DNA of 64,000 nucleotides from a virus (lineage: Duplodnaviria > Caudoviricetes). The notes beneath the pieces were generated by a model. It made no database searches. It was not told the DNA's origin and saw only the letters and a program-made list of their open reading frames with translations. The stretch spans positions 1 through 64,000 of the IMG/VR virus record IMGVR_UViG_3300010344_000600, one strand, 5' to 3'. This document shows positions 36,001-44,466 of the stretch, piece after piece (the first letter of the stretch is position 1; each line of letters begins with the position of its first letter). The translations under genes were made by a program, and so were the position numbers.

Positions 36001-36419
36001 GGCGTTTCCCCAGTCACAATCGGCCCAGTCGCCACATTGATGCAATGCAGAAGTCTCCGGGTGCGGGCATTAAGCAGGCTTTGCAGCACTTGGCGCTCAC
36101 CGGGCAGCAAATAGGTCCAGGACTGCTGCTCGTCGTAAGCATCGAAGAGCTTCTTCTCCAACGAGGAAATGCGCTCGATCAGCGCGCGCCGGTCACTGTC
36201 CTCGGTACGCTCGGCTTTGGGTTGGTCCGAGAACGCGGCAATGCGCTGGCCGAGAACCTCGGAAAGTTGGTGCATCAGTTCGGCTTGTTCGATCAGGCGA
36301 TGGCGCTCCGGGCCGGGAAGAACCTCAAAAGGCGCGGTCCACAAGAAATCGGCCAACTTGCACAAGCGCTCGTCGAGTTCGCTCTTTTCTTTCACTACAC
36401 GTTCTTGATAGGCTTCCAT
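35997..36419 (-). CDS. crAss001_48-related protein with a C-terminal extension
   Basis: YQERVVKEKSELDERL.KL..FL...F..L...E...L..Q...M...S.VL..RIAAF. Confidence 0.7.
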   Translation of the reverse strand: MEAYQERVVKEKSELDERLCKLADFLWTAPFEVLPGPERHRLIEQAELMHQLSEVLGQRIAAFSDQPKAERTEDSDRRALIERISSLEKKLFDAYDEQQSWTYLLPGERQVLQSLLNARTRRLLHCINVATGPIVTGETP

Positions 36420-36493
36420 TTGGCTCTCTCCGTAAGAGTGACGCCCGGCGCTTGCTATCCTGGCATCACAAAGGGTTACGCGCTCGCTTTGGC

Positions 36494-36856
36494 TTACGCC
36501 TTCGCTTTGGTTGTTTTATTGCCAGAGGCGGCCGTGGCCGGCTTGGTTACGGGGTCAGAAGACAGAATATTTGGGCCTTCCTCAACTTGCGCTTGCGCTG
36601 CGGCCTGCTTGATCTGGTAGGGCATCCACTCAGCGTAGTGGTCATGCTCTGGAGGGGCTTCGCCTTCCTGTATCAGCGCAATATTCTGGCGGGAGAAGTG
36701 GTCGCCGTGGGCATCAAAACCGCCGACGTTGATGTTTCCGTTATCATGGACGCGGCAGACCAGCGCCGGTACCGGCTGCTCGTCATGGGTCTTGATAAAA
36801 GAGTCTGATTGGGCCGGATGGAACAATACGACGCGGCCGATAGTAGGTTTGATCAT
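36494..36856 (-). CDS. Conserved phage hypothetical protein
   Basis: MIKPTIGRVV.F N-terminus and WMPYQ motif; AGGAAG RBS. Confidence 0.7.
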   Translation of the reverse strand: MIKPTIGRVVLFHPAQSDSFIKTHDEQPVPALVCRVHDNGNINVGGFDAHGDHFSRQNIALIQEGEAPPEHDHYAEWMPYQIKQAAAQAQVEEGPNILSSDPVTKPATAASGNKTTKAKA

Positions 36857-36912
36857 GGGGCTTCCTTTCTAAAATGCTCGCGCTAGGTTACGTGCGCGCG
36901 GGCGATCACGGT

Positions 36913-37221
36913 TCAAAATCCGTTGCGCTTGAATCCGTCTTCGTAGGCTTTCATTGGATTGAATGGTAAGCATTGGTTGAATGGATGGCTAGCGTTGCTA
37001 GCTAGGCCCGCAGGTAAGGCTTTCAATGCGATCTGCTCATGCGATTGCGCTTCCTGCAACGATACGCACTGGCCGGCCAGGTGCAGGATAGCCAACTGGA
37101 TCCCTTCCGACCGGTGGCCGACCTCCTTATGCTTCTTCCACAGCGCGCAGAGGTCGGCCATTTCGTCAATCACTTCTGCTATCGGGTCGTTGGCCGGAAC
37201 AGGTTTCGTGCCATCTTCCAT
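36913..37221 (-). CDS. Hypothetical protein
   Basis: TAATG coupling with the upstream gene. Confidence 0.55.
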   Translation of the reverse strand: MEDGTKPVPANDPIAEVIDEMADLCALWKKHKEVGHRSEGIQLAILHLAGQCVSLQEAQSHEQIALKALPAGLASNASHPFNQCLPFNPMKAYEDGFKRNGF

Positions 37222-37481
37222 TACTTTGCTCCCGAATAAAGTGCTCTCTGCAGTCCATTACACGCCATTTCATAAAGCGTCACGCTCTGGCGCAGCCACC
37301 AGTCCCGATAGATGCCAACAAACTCCCGCATCATCTGCAACTCGGGGCCGGTGGCGCCGATCTTGTCGGTGCGGCTATGCCTTTCCCGAATGGCCTGCAG
37401 CGGGATGGACATCGATTCGCACAAGGCAACAATCTTCGCATCATCCTTGTGCGCTGCCGCGATGAGCAGGACGTTGCGCAT
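37221..37481 (-). CDS. Hypothetical protein
   Basis: Operon position; starts 1 nt after the stop of the DUF5131 remnant. Confidence 0.55.
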   Translation of the reverse strand: MRNVLLIAAAHKDDAKIVALCESMSIPLQAIRERHSRTDKIGATGPELQMMREFVGIYRDWWLRQSVTLYEMACNGLQRALYSGAK

Positions 37482-37482
37482 A

Positions 37483-37570
37483 TCAGTTATCGTAGCCTCC
37501 TTGTCGATCGTTTTGTTTCGCAGTCCATTGCGGCCATACGCGCCGAGCGTCTATCCGCTCTGGAAATCCG
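37483..37570 (-). pseudogene. 3' remnant of the IS-disrupted DUF5131 gene
   Basis: Removing the IS and one TSD rejoins the frame: ...DVDGFGFPERIDARRVWPQWTAKQNDRQGGYDN*. Confidence 0.8.
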
Positions 37571-37595
37571 GGCTATCCGGATTTGATGGTGGAAA
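37571..37595 (+). repeat. Terminal inverted repeat (transposase-distal end)
   Basis: GGCTATCCGGATTTGATGGTGGAAA; extra subterminal TGGTGGAA at 37621. Confidence 0.9.
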
Positions 37596-37636
37596 CGACC
37601 GATGAGAGATAAATCATCTTTGGTGGAATCTTCCAT

Positions 37637-39004
37637 TCAAACCTCCGGGAAAGCGGTGAATCTGGCATGACAGATTTTGCAGATATGAAAGACCATATCC
37701 GGTCCGGAAACATCTTCACCTGCATACGGGACAACATGGTCAACAGTGAAAATCTCAGAGTCTGGATAAAGCCCGGTGCAGTTGGAGCACCGAGTCAGCG
37801 CAGCCTCAGAAGCGGCCCGGCGCGCTCTCAGCGTTCGCTTGTTGGTCGGGCTATTGGCGAACAGCAAGCGAGAACGAATCACTTCAAAGCTGTACCCACG
37901 GCCAGCGCGGTTAATCATCTTGGCTATCCCGTTCATGCTTTCCGTGTAGGCGTTGGTTGTCGGGAAGTCGAAATAGTTGAGGATTTCCGTTCTCCAGTTC
38001 TGCATGGCTCGCGTCAGTTCGTGGAACTCCTTGGTCATCGACGCCGGGATAGTGGCTGCAAAGGCGTCAAATGCGGCGATAGCCTTGGCTTTCGGAAGGT
38101 CGTAGATTCCGAACAGAGCCTCTTTGATGTTGTACGCAGCATCAATCTCCGGCTCGTTGTTCCGCCATCCGCTCAAGTTGAAGCGCTGTTTATCGCTCAG
38201 GTTGTGCTCTCTGGTCAGCAACTGGTGCTTGCTCTGCTTCCACGAGAGGCGCATCTTCTTATCTTTCCCCTTCTGGACGCGGATACGAACCTTGTCGATT
38301 GCCGAGTTAGCCATCTTGACGACATGGAACTTATCAATCACCACAGCGGCATTCGGAAGCATTTCTCTCGAAACGTCGCGGTAAGCCTGCCACATGTCGA
38401 TAGTCACAACGCGCACTTTGGACCGGTCTCGGAACTGGCTAAACCACCGGGAAACCATAGGCTTGTTCCTGCCAGACAGCATGTCAACAACACGCCGATT
38501 CTCAACGTCAGTGATGATTGCCCGGAATATCTTGTTCAAATGGTTCTCGTCCAGACCAAGCCACTCTGGAAGGTATGGGCGGTATTCGCCATCGGTAACG
38601 GCAATGTAGTCGGCAGCGATGTTCCGAATGGTCTTTTCATCGCAGCCGAGATGCTCGGAGAGGTGCTGGAAGGTGTCACGAAGGCATTGCTGCTCGATGT
38701 AGCGAAGACATCGCTCAGTCATGCGCCTGACTGCATCAACGCCACTCAACGGCTGCGGGAACGTCCCGCCGCACGCCCTGCACTTGTAGCGCTGGACCTT
38801 AGCAACGATTCGCGTAGGAGTTCCACGAATAGGGCTATCGAGGATAGTCACAGACCTTGGCCCATGCTTGTAAAGTTCTCCAACGACGCCACAGAGAAGG
38901 CAGAACTCAGGCTGCTTGGCGTATTCGGCACTGATGATTGTCTGGTCTTGCTGCTCTTCTATGCCGAGAACGGCCCAGTCTTTGAGTTGAAGGATGTCAG
39001 TCAT
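37637..39004 (-). CDS. ISL3-family DDE transposase with a C-terminal HNH-like zinc module
   Basis: N-terminal CxxC..CxxC zinc finger, LGLDE, TIDMW..Y, DKFHVV, TNA.TES.N..K...R..RGY.SF; tail CSNC..DHVVP..CKICH. Confidence 0.9.
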   Translation of the reverse strand: MTDILQLKDWAVLGIEEQQDQTIISAEYAKQPEFCLLCGVVGELYKHGPRSVTILDSPIRGTPTRIVAKVQRYKCRACGGTFPQPLSGVDAVRRMTERCLRYIEQQCLRDTFQHLSEHLGCDEKTIRNIAADYIAVTDGEYRPYLPEWLGLDENHLNKIFRAIITDVENRRVVDMLSGRNKPMVSRWFSQFRDRSKVRVVTIDMWQAYRDVSREMLPNAAVVIDKFHVVKMANSAIDKVRIRVQKGKDKKMRLSWKQSKHQLLTREHNLSDKQRFNLSGWRNNEPEIDAAYNIKEALFGIYDLPKAKAIAAFDAFAATIPASMTKEFHELTRAMQNWRTEILNYFDFPTTNAYTESMNGIAKMINRAGRGYSFEVIRSRLLFANSPTNKRTLRARRAASEAALTRCSNCTGLYPDSEIFTVDHVVPYAGEDVSGPDMVFHICKICHARFTAFPEV

Positions 39005-39760
39005 TTAGGCGGCCATATCAATTTTTGCCAAATGGCAGAAGATACCGCATTGCACCTCGGGTTCCGATTGATAATCGCCAGTCCCCGGCTGAAGCTCGTC
39101 AAGGAATGCGCGCTTCTCGTCAATTCGAATAATGCGGACGCCAAGCCGCCGCGACTCGGTAGCCATGCGCTGAAACTGAGCAGGGAAGTCCTGCCGAATC
39201 TTGTTCCAGTAGCCCATTCCTTGGGCTTTGCAGCATCCAATGCAGTTGTTATGGTGGTATCCAAGACCGTACATGACCGGCAGCGCGATTCCTGCATCCT
39301 TGACGATGGACAGGCAATCCTTGTGCTCCAAGCCACGTTCCATCAGCGGAGATTCGCAGGCGATGTTGTTGGCGGCGAGAAAGTCGTCCCATCTATCGGC
39401 CTCTTCGGCGCAATATCCAAAGACGTGAAAGTCGGTCGGAAGCTCGAATCTCTCCCTAACCTGCTTCTTGAGCAGCCGAGTGCAGGGAGCGCCACGCACG
39501 CCGGAAATGTACGACTCCTTTCGAAAGACTTCGTAGATAGAGCCGTCGTACTTATCGTTGATGAGGTTGGCAATCGGCACGCCAAACCACTTCTCGCAGT
39601 CGGCTGCGAAGCGGTCGTTATCCGGATGCTCTTCACGAACAATACAGCGAGCTACAACCAACGGAAGACGGCCAGCATTAGCCACAATCGCCAGTTTCGT
39701 TGCAACCGCACTAGCCGCCCCACAGCTAAACCAGCAAATTATTCTGGAAGGTTCAATCAT
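39005..39760 (-). CDS. PAPS-reductase-like/adenine-nucleotide alpha hydrolase (PP-loop) protein, IS cargo
   Basis: WFSCGAASAVA PP-loop, EEHPDN.RF, APCT..LKK, GY.HNNCIGC.K, C-terminal CG.FC; lies inside the TIRs. Confidence 0.75.
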   Translation of the reverse strand: MIEPSRIICWFSCGAASAVATKLAIVANAGRLPLVVARCIVREEHPDNDRFAADCEKWFGVPIANLINDKYDGSIYEVFRKESYISGVRGAPCTRLLKKQVRERFELPTDFHVFGYCAEEADRWDDFLAANNIACESPLMERGLEHKDCLSIVKDAGIALPVMYGLGYHHNNCIGCCKAQGMGYWNKIRQDFPAQFQRMATESRRLGVRIIRIDEKRAFLDELQPGTGDYQSEPEVQCGIFCHLAKIDMAA

Positions 39761-39808
39761 GATATTCCACCAGTTATTCCGGATTTACAGAGTATCATAT
39801 CTACAGTC

Positions 39809-39833
39809 TTTCCACCACTTATTCCGGATAGCC
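39809..39833 (-). repeat. Terminal inverted repeat (5' end)
   Basis: GGCTATCCGGAATAAGTGGTGGAAA on the minus strand; second subterminal copy TCCGGAATAACTGGTGGAA just inside. Confidence 0.9.
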
Positions 39834-40227
39834 GAAATCCGAAGCCGTCGACATCTTCTGCCAACCAGTCAAAGAACGAGCGCATCCTCGCCGGCCGCTT
39901 GGTCAGCACCTGATAGGTATGGCGCGTGGTAATAGACATGACCGCGAAGACGTCGGCAATGAATTCAAACGGAACATCCTCATGAAACAGGTCGGACATT
40001 GAATTGACGAAAATTCGGCGCGGACGTGCCCAGCGCAGTGGCTGGTCAAGGCGGTCAGGGTGGCAGGCCACGTCAGTGAACGCGCGCCCAGCGTAGGCCG
40101 GAACACGCACCATGCGAACCCAGTTGCGCTCGGCATAACAATGCTTGCACCCGGAGCTGACCTTGGTGCACCCGGTCGTCGGATTCCAAGTGGCATGTGT
40201 CCAGACAATTCCTGTTTTGGCGCTCAT
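39834..40227 (-). pseudogene. Phage Gp37/Gp68 (DUF5131) gene, 5' part, disrupted by the IS
   Basis: W..ATWNP.TGCTKVS.GCKHCYAE, RRIFVNSMSDLFHE, HTYQVLTKRP.RM. Confidence 0.85.
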
Positions 40228-41072
40228 GACTCTCTCCATTCCGCGCCCGGAACCGCCTCTCCAACGACAGTTAGGGCCAATACCTTGGCGTGTTTTCTTT
40301 CTTTGCGGGCGCACGACATGGCGCGCTCCTTGGCGGTTTCCTCTTTTCTGAAGCGGATCAGAACTTTGGCCGGTCGCTGGAGAGCGTAGCCGATGACTTC
40401 GCCGTCGCTGGGCCTGGATGCTGCCAACCATTCGGCGTCGACTCTGCTGATGCGGTCTGCGATCTGCTCCGGGGTGTCGCAATTGAAGACGTTGGCCATC
40501 GATAGCCACGCGAGAAGTTTGTGATGTGCGTGTTCGAGAGATGATTTCAGTTGCTTGAGTTCTTCGCTTTTTTCGGCCAGGGTATCGCGCTGCCGCTTGA
40601 TTCCCGCAATGGCCTCGGCTACTTTTTGCGGGGTATGCTCACCGACCGCCTGCATCATGGACGATTCCCATTCGTTGATCGACTTCTTGTTGAGCGCGCC
40701 CATAGATAGGAGTTGGTGCAGATTGTCGCCTTCAGGAACGGCCGTCTTTAGGCTTGGTGTAATGACGTCGTTTCCTGCCTTGGACTCGTCTTTCGGCTCG
40801 GCACGCACATCGCTTTCATGATCCTCCAGGTATTTGCGCCCCGCCTGCGTGATCTGATAGGCGGGAAAATGCGTTACGTCGTCGCGCATGCGGGTTGCCA
40901 GCGCGAGTTTTACGATGTGGATCAGGTTGTCCTGGAGTTTCTTGCGCGATTCCCCGAGTTGCGTTTGCAGGTCGTCGAGCGTCGTAATTCCATTCTTTGC
41001 TAGCGCAGCAAGGATAGCTAGGCGCGGCGACTTGGCGGCAAGGTTAAGTTTTACACGATCAAAGGCATTCAT
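40224..41072 (-). CDS. Winged-helix DNA-binding protein with a coiled-coil C-terminus
   Basis: RLAILAAL...ITTL.DL..L........YQITQAGRKYL wHTH pattern; ATGA couplings. Confidence 0.55.
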   Translation of the reverse strand: MNAFDRVKLNLAAKSPRLAILAALAKNGITTLDDLQTQLGESRKKLQDNLIHIVKLALATRMRDDVTHFPAYQITQAGRKYLEDHESDVRAEPKDESKAGNDVITPSLKTAVPEGDNLHQLLSMGALNKKSINEWESSMMQAVGEHTPQKVAEAIAGIKRQRDTLAEKSEELKQLKSSLEHAHHKLLAWLSMANVFNCDTPEQIADRISRVDAEWLAASRPSDGEVIGYALQRPAKVLIRFRKEETAKERAMSCARKERKHAKVLALTVVGEAVPGAEWRES

Positions 41073-42073
41073 GCTGCTTTTTCCTCTACGTAGATTTTGG
41101 TGAGCTCGTCGCGCAGGCTGGGCATTCCGCCTTTCACGATGGTTACATTGCCGCCTGCTGCGACGGCGGTGTCGTAATGCATGTGTGAGCAGAAGTCAGC
41201 CATGAAAAGGACTCGATCGCCAGAGTGGATCGAGTCGCGCATCTTGGCGCGCTGGTCGGGGGTGAACAGGTAAAGCTCCAGCACATCCCGAAACTCCCGC
41301 TTGATGAGTTCCTGCTTGTTGTTGTGCAGGCCAATAATCTTGACCTTGGGTTTTCGGGCGGCGGCTTCGGGCGTCGTGGCCGGCGCGGCGATTCCCTCCT
41401 GGGGTGCCTTGTCCCGGTGCACCAGGCGCGTTGACCGCTTGTCGTGCGGCACAAAGTCTCCAACGGGCGCCGTAAACCCAACGAGGGCGGCTTGCTTTGG
41501 TTCCTGTGCGAGAGGCGCCGAAGGTACGGAATAGACGCGCGGCGGGGCGACAGGCGCGGGGGTGGATTCCGGGGCCGCTGTCTCGACACGGTACAGTGGG
41601 CGCTGATAGATGCGCTCCATGATCCGGGTCTGTACCGTCGCCAACTCGGCCGCGACTTCACGGTCGATGAGCGCGGTCATTTCTTCGTGCAACTGGCCAA
41701 CCACCTGTTTAGCGATCACATCAAACAAGGCGCTGATCGCCGCAGAAAGCTCGTTCCTCGCCGTAGGTTGCGCGGCGATGGCGTGCACGACATGGAGCGC
41801 GGCGTCTTTCTCCGGGTCGGTCGTGAAGCGGGTGCCGACGAGCGTTTCCGGGTTCGGTATATCAATCGCTATGCGGTAGCGCACCAATGGGCCGGTCTCG
41901 TTATGAATCAGTGTTGTCTCGATCAGTCCAGGGTGCCGCTTATTGTTGTTGCTGATCGAACCACGAACGGCCTCAATGGGGCGATCAATACCCTCGGAAA
42001 TTTCAGATTCCGTGCATCCGGGATGGGCCGCAATAAAGGCGATGAGTTTCTTGCTAATAGGGGTGCGGGTCAT
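41069..42073 (-). CDS. wHTH + C-terminal DUF2325-like domain protein
   Basis: N-terminal FIAAHPGCT.SEIS.G; C-terminal KV.IIGL...D.VLFM.DFCSH......KGG..SL..L; ATG 42073 overlaps the upstream stop. Confidence 0.55.
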   Translation of the reverse strand: MTRTPISKKLIAFIAAHPGCTESEISEGIDRPIEAVRGSISNNNKRHPGLIETTLIHNETGPLVRYRIAIDIPNPETLVGTRFTTDPEKDAALHVVHAIAAQPTARNELSAAISALFDVIAKQVVGQLHEEMTALIDREVAAELATVQTRIMERIYQRPLYRVETAAPESTPAPVAPPRVYSVPSAPLAQEPKQAALVGFTAPVGDFVPHDKRSTRLVHRDKAPQEGIAAPATTPEAAARKPKVKIIGLHNNKQELIKREFRDVLELYLFTPDQRAKMRDSIHSGDRVLFMADFCSHMHYDTAVAAGGNVTIVKGGMPSLRDELTKIYVEEKAA

Positions 42074-42732
42074 TGTACGACCTCTGGCGCGGGAAGGTCT
42101 GCAACATTCTTGGCCGCTGCTGCAGCGGTCGCCGCCTTCATTTCGTCGTAAAACCCAATACCCCAGACCAGTGCGTAGCAGCACCAGATGAAACGATAGG
42201 TGTACTCTGTGCAATCGACTTCCCAGAAGTCTTGAAAGCAAAACCCTTCATGCTCGAAATCGACGGCCGCCGAGAACGCCGCATGCTCTCCTTCGTCAAT
42301 CTTGGAAAGAACCTGTTCTTGCACTGCTTGGCGAACGGAATCCGTAGCGCCGGACTCGTCCAACCATTCCGCAATCACGGCGCGGAATCTGTCGGCGCTG
42401 AATTCCTCGAATCCGTCTGTCTTATCGACCGCCTGCAGTTTTTCTGCCCAGTAGGAAGGATTTATTACCAGTGTCTCACCTTCGCCCAGCGTCCATTCCG
42501 GATCCTGGCGGAAGAAGGTGAACATGTCGTTCAAGCGCGAGAACACATAGGTTCCCATGTCTCCGGTGTAGCACAGGTGGCCGGGCCAGGTGATCAGGTC
42601 AAAGGCGCAAATGCCGGTGTTCGGCTGCGTAAAGCGTAGATGGCGGTGCATGGGGGTGTCGAGGACGACCATCATCTGGTGTTTTTCGACGGAAGCCAAA
42701 AACTCAGCTTCGGGAACCGGTGGGTATTTCAT
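42070..42732 (-). CDS. Conserved phage hypothetical protein
   Basis: FDLITWPGHL..TGDMG.YVF.R..DMF.FFR...INP.YW.EKL motif; AAAGGA RBS. Confidence 0.7.
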   Translation of the reverse strand: MKYPPVPEAEFLASVEKHQMMVVLDTPMHRHLRFTQPNTGICAFDLITWPGHLCYTGDMGTYVFSRLNDMFTFFRQDPEWTLGEGETLVINPSYWAEKLQAVDKTDGFEEFSADRFRAVIAEWLDESGATDSVRQAVQEQVLSKIDEGEHAAFSAAVDFEHEGFCFQDFWEVDCTEYTYRFIWCCYALVWGIGFYDEMKAATAAAAAKNVADLPAPEVVQ

Positions 42733-42787
42733 AATGGGCGTTCCTTTGTTTTAGAGGGTTGGCAGGATTGGTGCAGGTGCTCAGTGC

Positions 42788-43114
42788 TCATCGCTTCAAC
42801 TCCGGGAATTTCTCCAGCAGGGCCGCCTGTACCGCGACGATGATTCTGACCAGATAGCTGTCATGGTTCTTGGAGCGCTTGAGCCCTGAAGCGCAGCCCA
42901 GGTTTCCAGACAGGTACTCGGCCCCTGATCTCGTAAAAAACTCAGTGATCGAACATCCCATCGCACCCCAGTAGCCGACCCAGGCCGCGTCGTAGCAGCT
43001 GATGGTGATACGCCCTTTGCCGGGGGCATAGTCTTCGAGATAGACGCGGATCGGATCAAGCCGGGGAAGGTCCGTTATTTCGAGCTTGAGCACGGTGCTT
43101 TCGACGATGTTCAT
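42788..43114 (-). CDS. Conserved phage hypothetical protein
   Basis: LDPI.V.LED..PG.G.ITI.CY..AW..YWG.MG motif. Confidence 0.7.
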   Translation of the reverse strand: MNIVESTVLKLEITDLPRLDPIRVYLEDYAPGKGRITISCYDAAWVGYWGAMGCSITEFFTRSGAEYLSGNLGCASGLKRSKNHDSYLVRIIVAVQAALLEKFPELKR

Positions 43115-44328
43115 GCCGGCACCAGCACAGTACGATTCCCGGCCTTGTCCGGAACCGAGACAACGCCTTTCGTTTCCATGGCCTCGATCAAGCGCGCCGC
43201 GCGGTTGTAGCCAATCTCCATGTGCCGCTGCACCAGACTGATCGAAGCCCGCTGATGAGTGATCACGATGGCCTTGGCTTCGTCGTACAGGTGGTCGTGA
43301 TGGCCGAAGGTGGCCAGCACTTCCCCGTTATGGCCGGAGATCGTTGCCGTTACTCCGTCCTCGTTGCACAGGGAAGAAAGGCGGTCAGCCGCAGCATTGA
43401 CCTCGGATTGATCGCTCATGGCCTGGCTGACGAGATCCGGCTCCGGAACAACCTCGCCGCCCAGCGCTTCAACTAGGTCATCCAGCAGGCGCGCTACTTC
43501 GCCGGTCATCAGCGCGAAGTCGAGATCGAAACGTTCTTCTTCGTTTTCGGCCTGTCCATCCGATTGTTCCTTGAGAATGTCAAGGAAGGCCAGGCGCTTG
43601 ATACGCAGATCGTCAGTCAGGACAAAAGAGATACGGTCGTTCCAGGTCATGGCCAGTTGGGTAGCAACCTTTCCCTCGGCAATCATCTGACGAACGCCTT
43701 CACCTTCTAGGGAGTGTTTGACGTAGCGCACCTTGGCGTGCTCGGCGCTCTCCAGACTCAAGTCCTGGTCGATGGTGAAGCCTTTGGGCGCTTCCCCGGC
43801 CGCAACCCACCCGGTCATGGCGGCGGCCGGAGAGCGGTTCGCTCGCAGCAACTTGAGCGGAATGTTGTTGGTAGCGCGCAGCAGACCGAGGAACTCATCA
43901 GCCTTGCTGGATGTGGCCGAGTCGATAATCAGCCAGCCGTTAACCGGATCAATCCAGCCAAAGGTTGTGCGGCGGCGCGTAAAGCGCGGCAGCAACTCGA
44001 TCGTGACGCTTTCCCGGATTTCCCGGGTTTCCTTGCGCCCGACCCGGCGCCCTTCGTTTTCTTCGGTCTCCTTGATCTTGTCAGCCGCAAACTGATTGAT
44101 GACTTCATTGGGCAATAGCTTCTGGTGCGCGCCAAAGGCCAGCAAGACCTGTTGATTGACAACGTGCACGAACTGATCATTGCCGCGCGGAGAAACCCAT
44201 CCGGTGCTCTGCGCATCGATGGCGCCGGGCAGCGTGAGCGGAAGTTTGGCCAGATCCGCCGACAAGTCTTCCGCCGATAGCGGCCACGGACGGGGAAGCC
44301 GGTAGATGCTGAGATTCTTGAACCACAT
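43111..44328 (-). CDS. rdgC: Recombination-associated protein RdgC fused to a C-terminal FtsK-gamma winged helix
   Basis: MWFKNL.IYRL, KLLP..VI, W.D.ISFVL..DL.IKRL.F, FD.DFALM.GE; tail D.LYDEA...V....ASISLVQR...IGYNRAARLIE.ME..GVVS. Confidence 0.9.
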   Translation of the reverse strand: MWFKNLSIYRLPRPWPLSAEDLSADLAKLPLTLPGAIDAQSTGWVSPRGNDQFVHVVNQQVLLAFGAHQKLLPNEVINQFAADKIKETEENEGRRVGRKETREIRESVTIELLPRFTRRRTTFGWIDPVNGWLIIDSATSSKADEFLGLLRATNNIPLKLLRANRSPAAAMTGWVAAGEAPKGFTIDQDLSLESAEHAKVRYVKHSLEGEGVRQMIAEGKVATQLAMTWNDRISFVLTDDLRIKRLAFLDILKEQSDGQAENEEERFDLDFALMTGEVARLLDDLVEALGGEVVPEPDLVSQAMSDQSEVNAAADRLSSLCNEDGVTATISGHNGEVLATFGHHDHLYDEAKAIVITHQRASISLVQRHMEIGYNRAARLIEAMETKGVVSVPDKAGNRTVLVPA

Positions 44329-44356
44329 GATTAGTATCCTGTTGAATGGTTTGGGT

Positions 44357-44458
44357 GGGGCGGCCGGCGCTGATCTCCGGCTTCCGATTTGGTGTCAGCT
44401 TGGTTTTTGGCCCATTCCGGACGGCCAGCCCGCGTGCATCAGCCTGCACATTCGCCCC
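44357..44458 (-). ncRNA. C4 antisense RNA-like structured RNA
   Basis: Closing stem GGGGCG/CGCCCC, hairpins GUGCA-GGCUGA-UGCAC and GCCGG-AGAUCAGCG-CCGGC, matching my recollection of the C4 motif (GAAUGCGCAGGCUGAUGCGC...GCCGGAGAUCAGCACCGG). Confidence 0.65.
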
Positions 44459-44466
44459 ATTGATCT

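Larger units (their letters stand above)
37571..39833 (-). mobile_element. ISL3-family element (2263 bp) with a cargo gene
   Basis: 25-bp imperfect TIRs starting GGCTAT (21/25 identical), perfect 8-bp TSD GAAATCCG (37563-37570, 39834-39841), ISL3 transposase. Confidence 0.92.

Noticed and set aside
37667-39913. 748-aa plus-strand ORF spanning almost the whole IS
   Set aside because: It is the exact antisense register of two in-frame minus-strand genes; avoidance of TTA/CTA/TCA codons explains the lack of stops; no recognisable motifs
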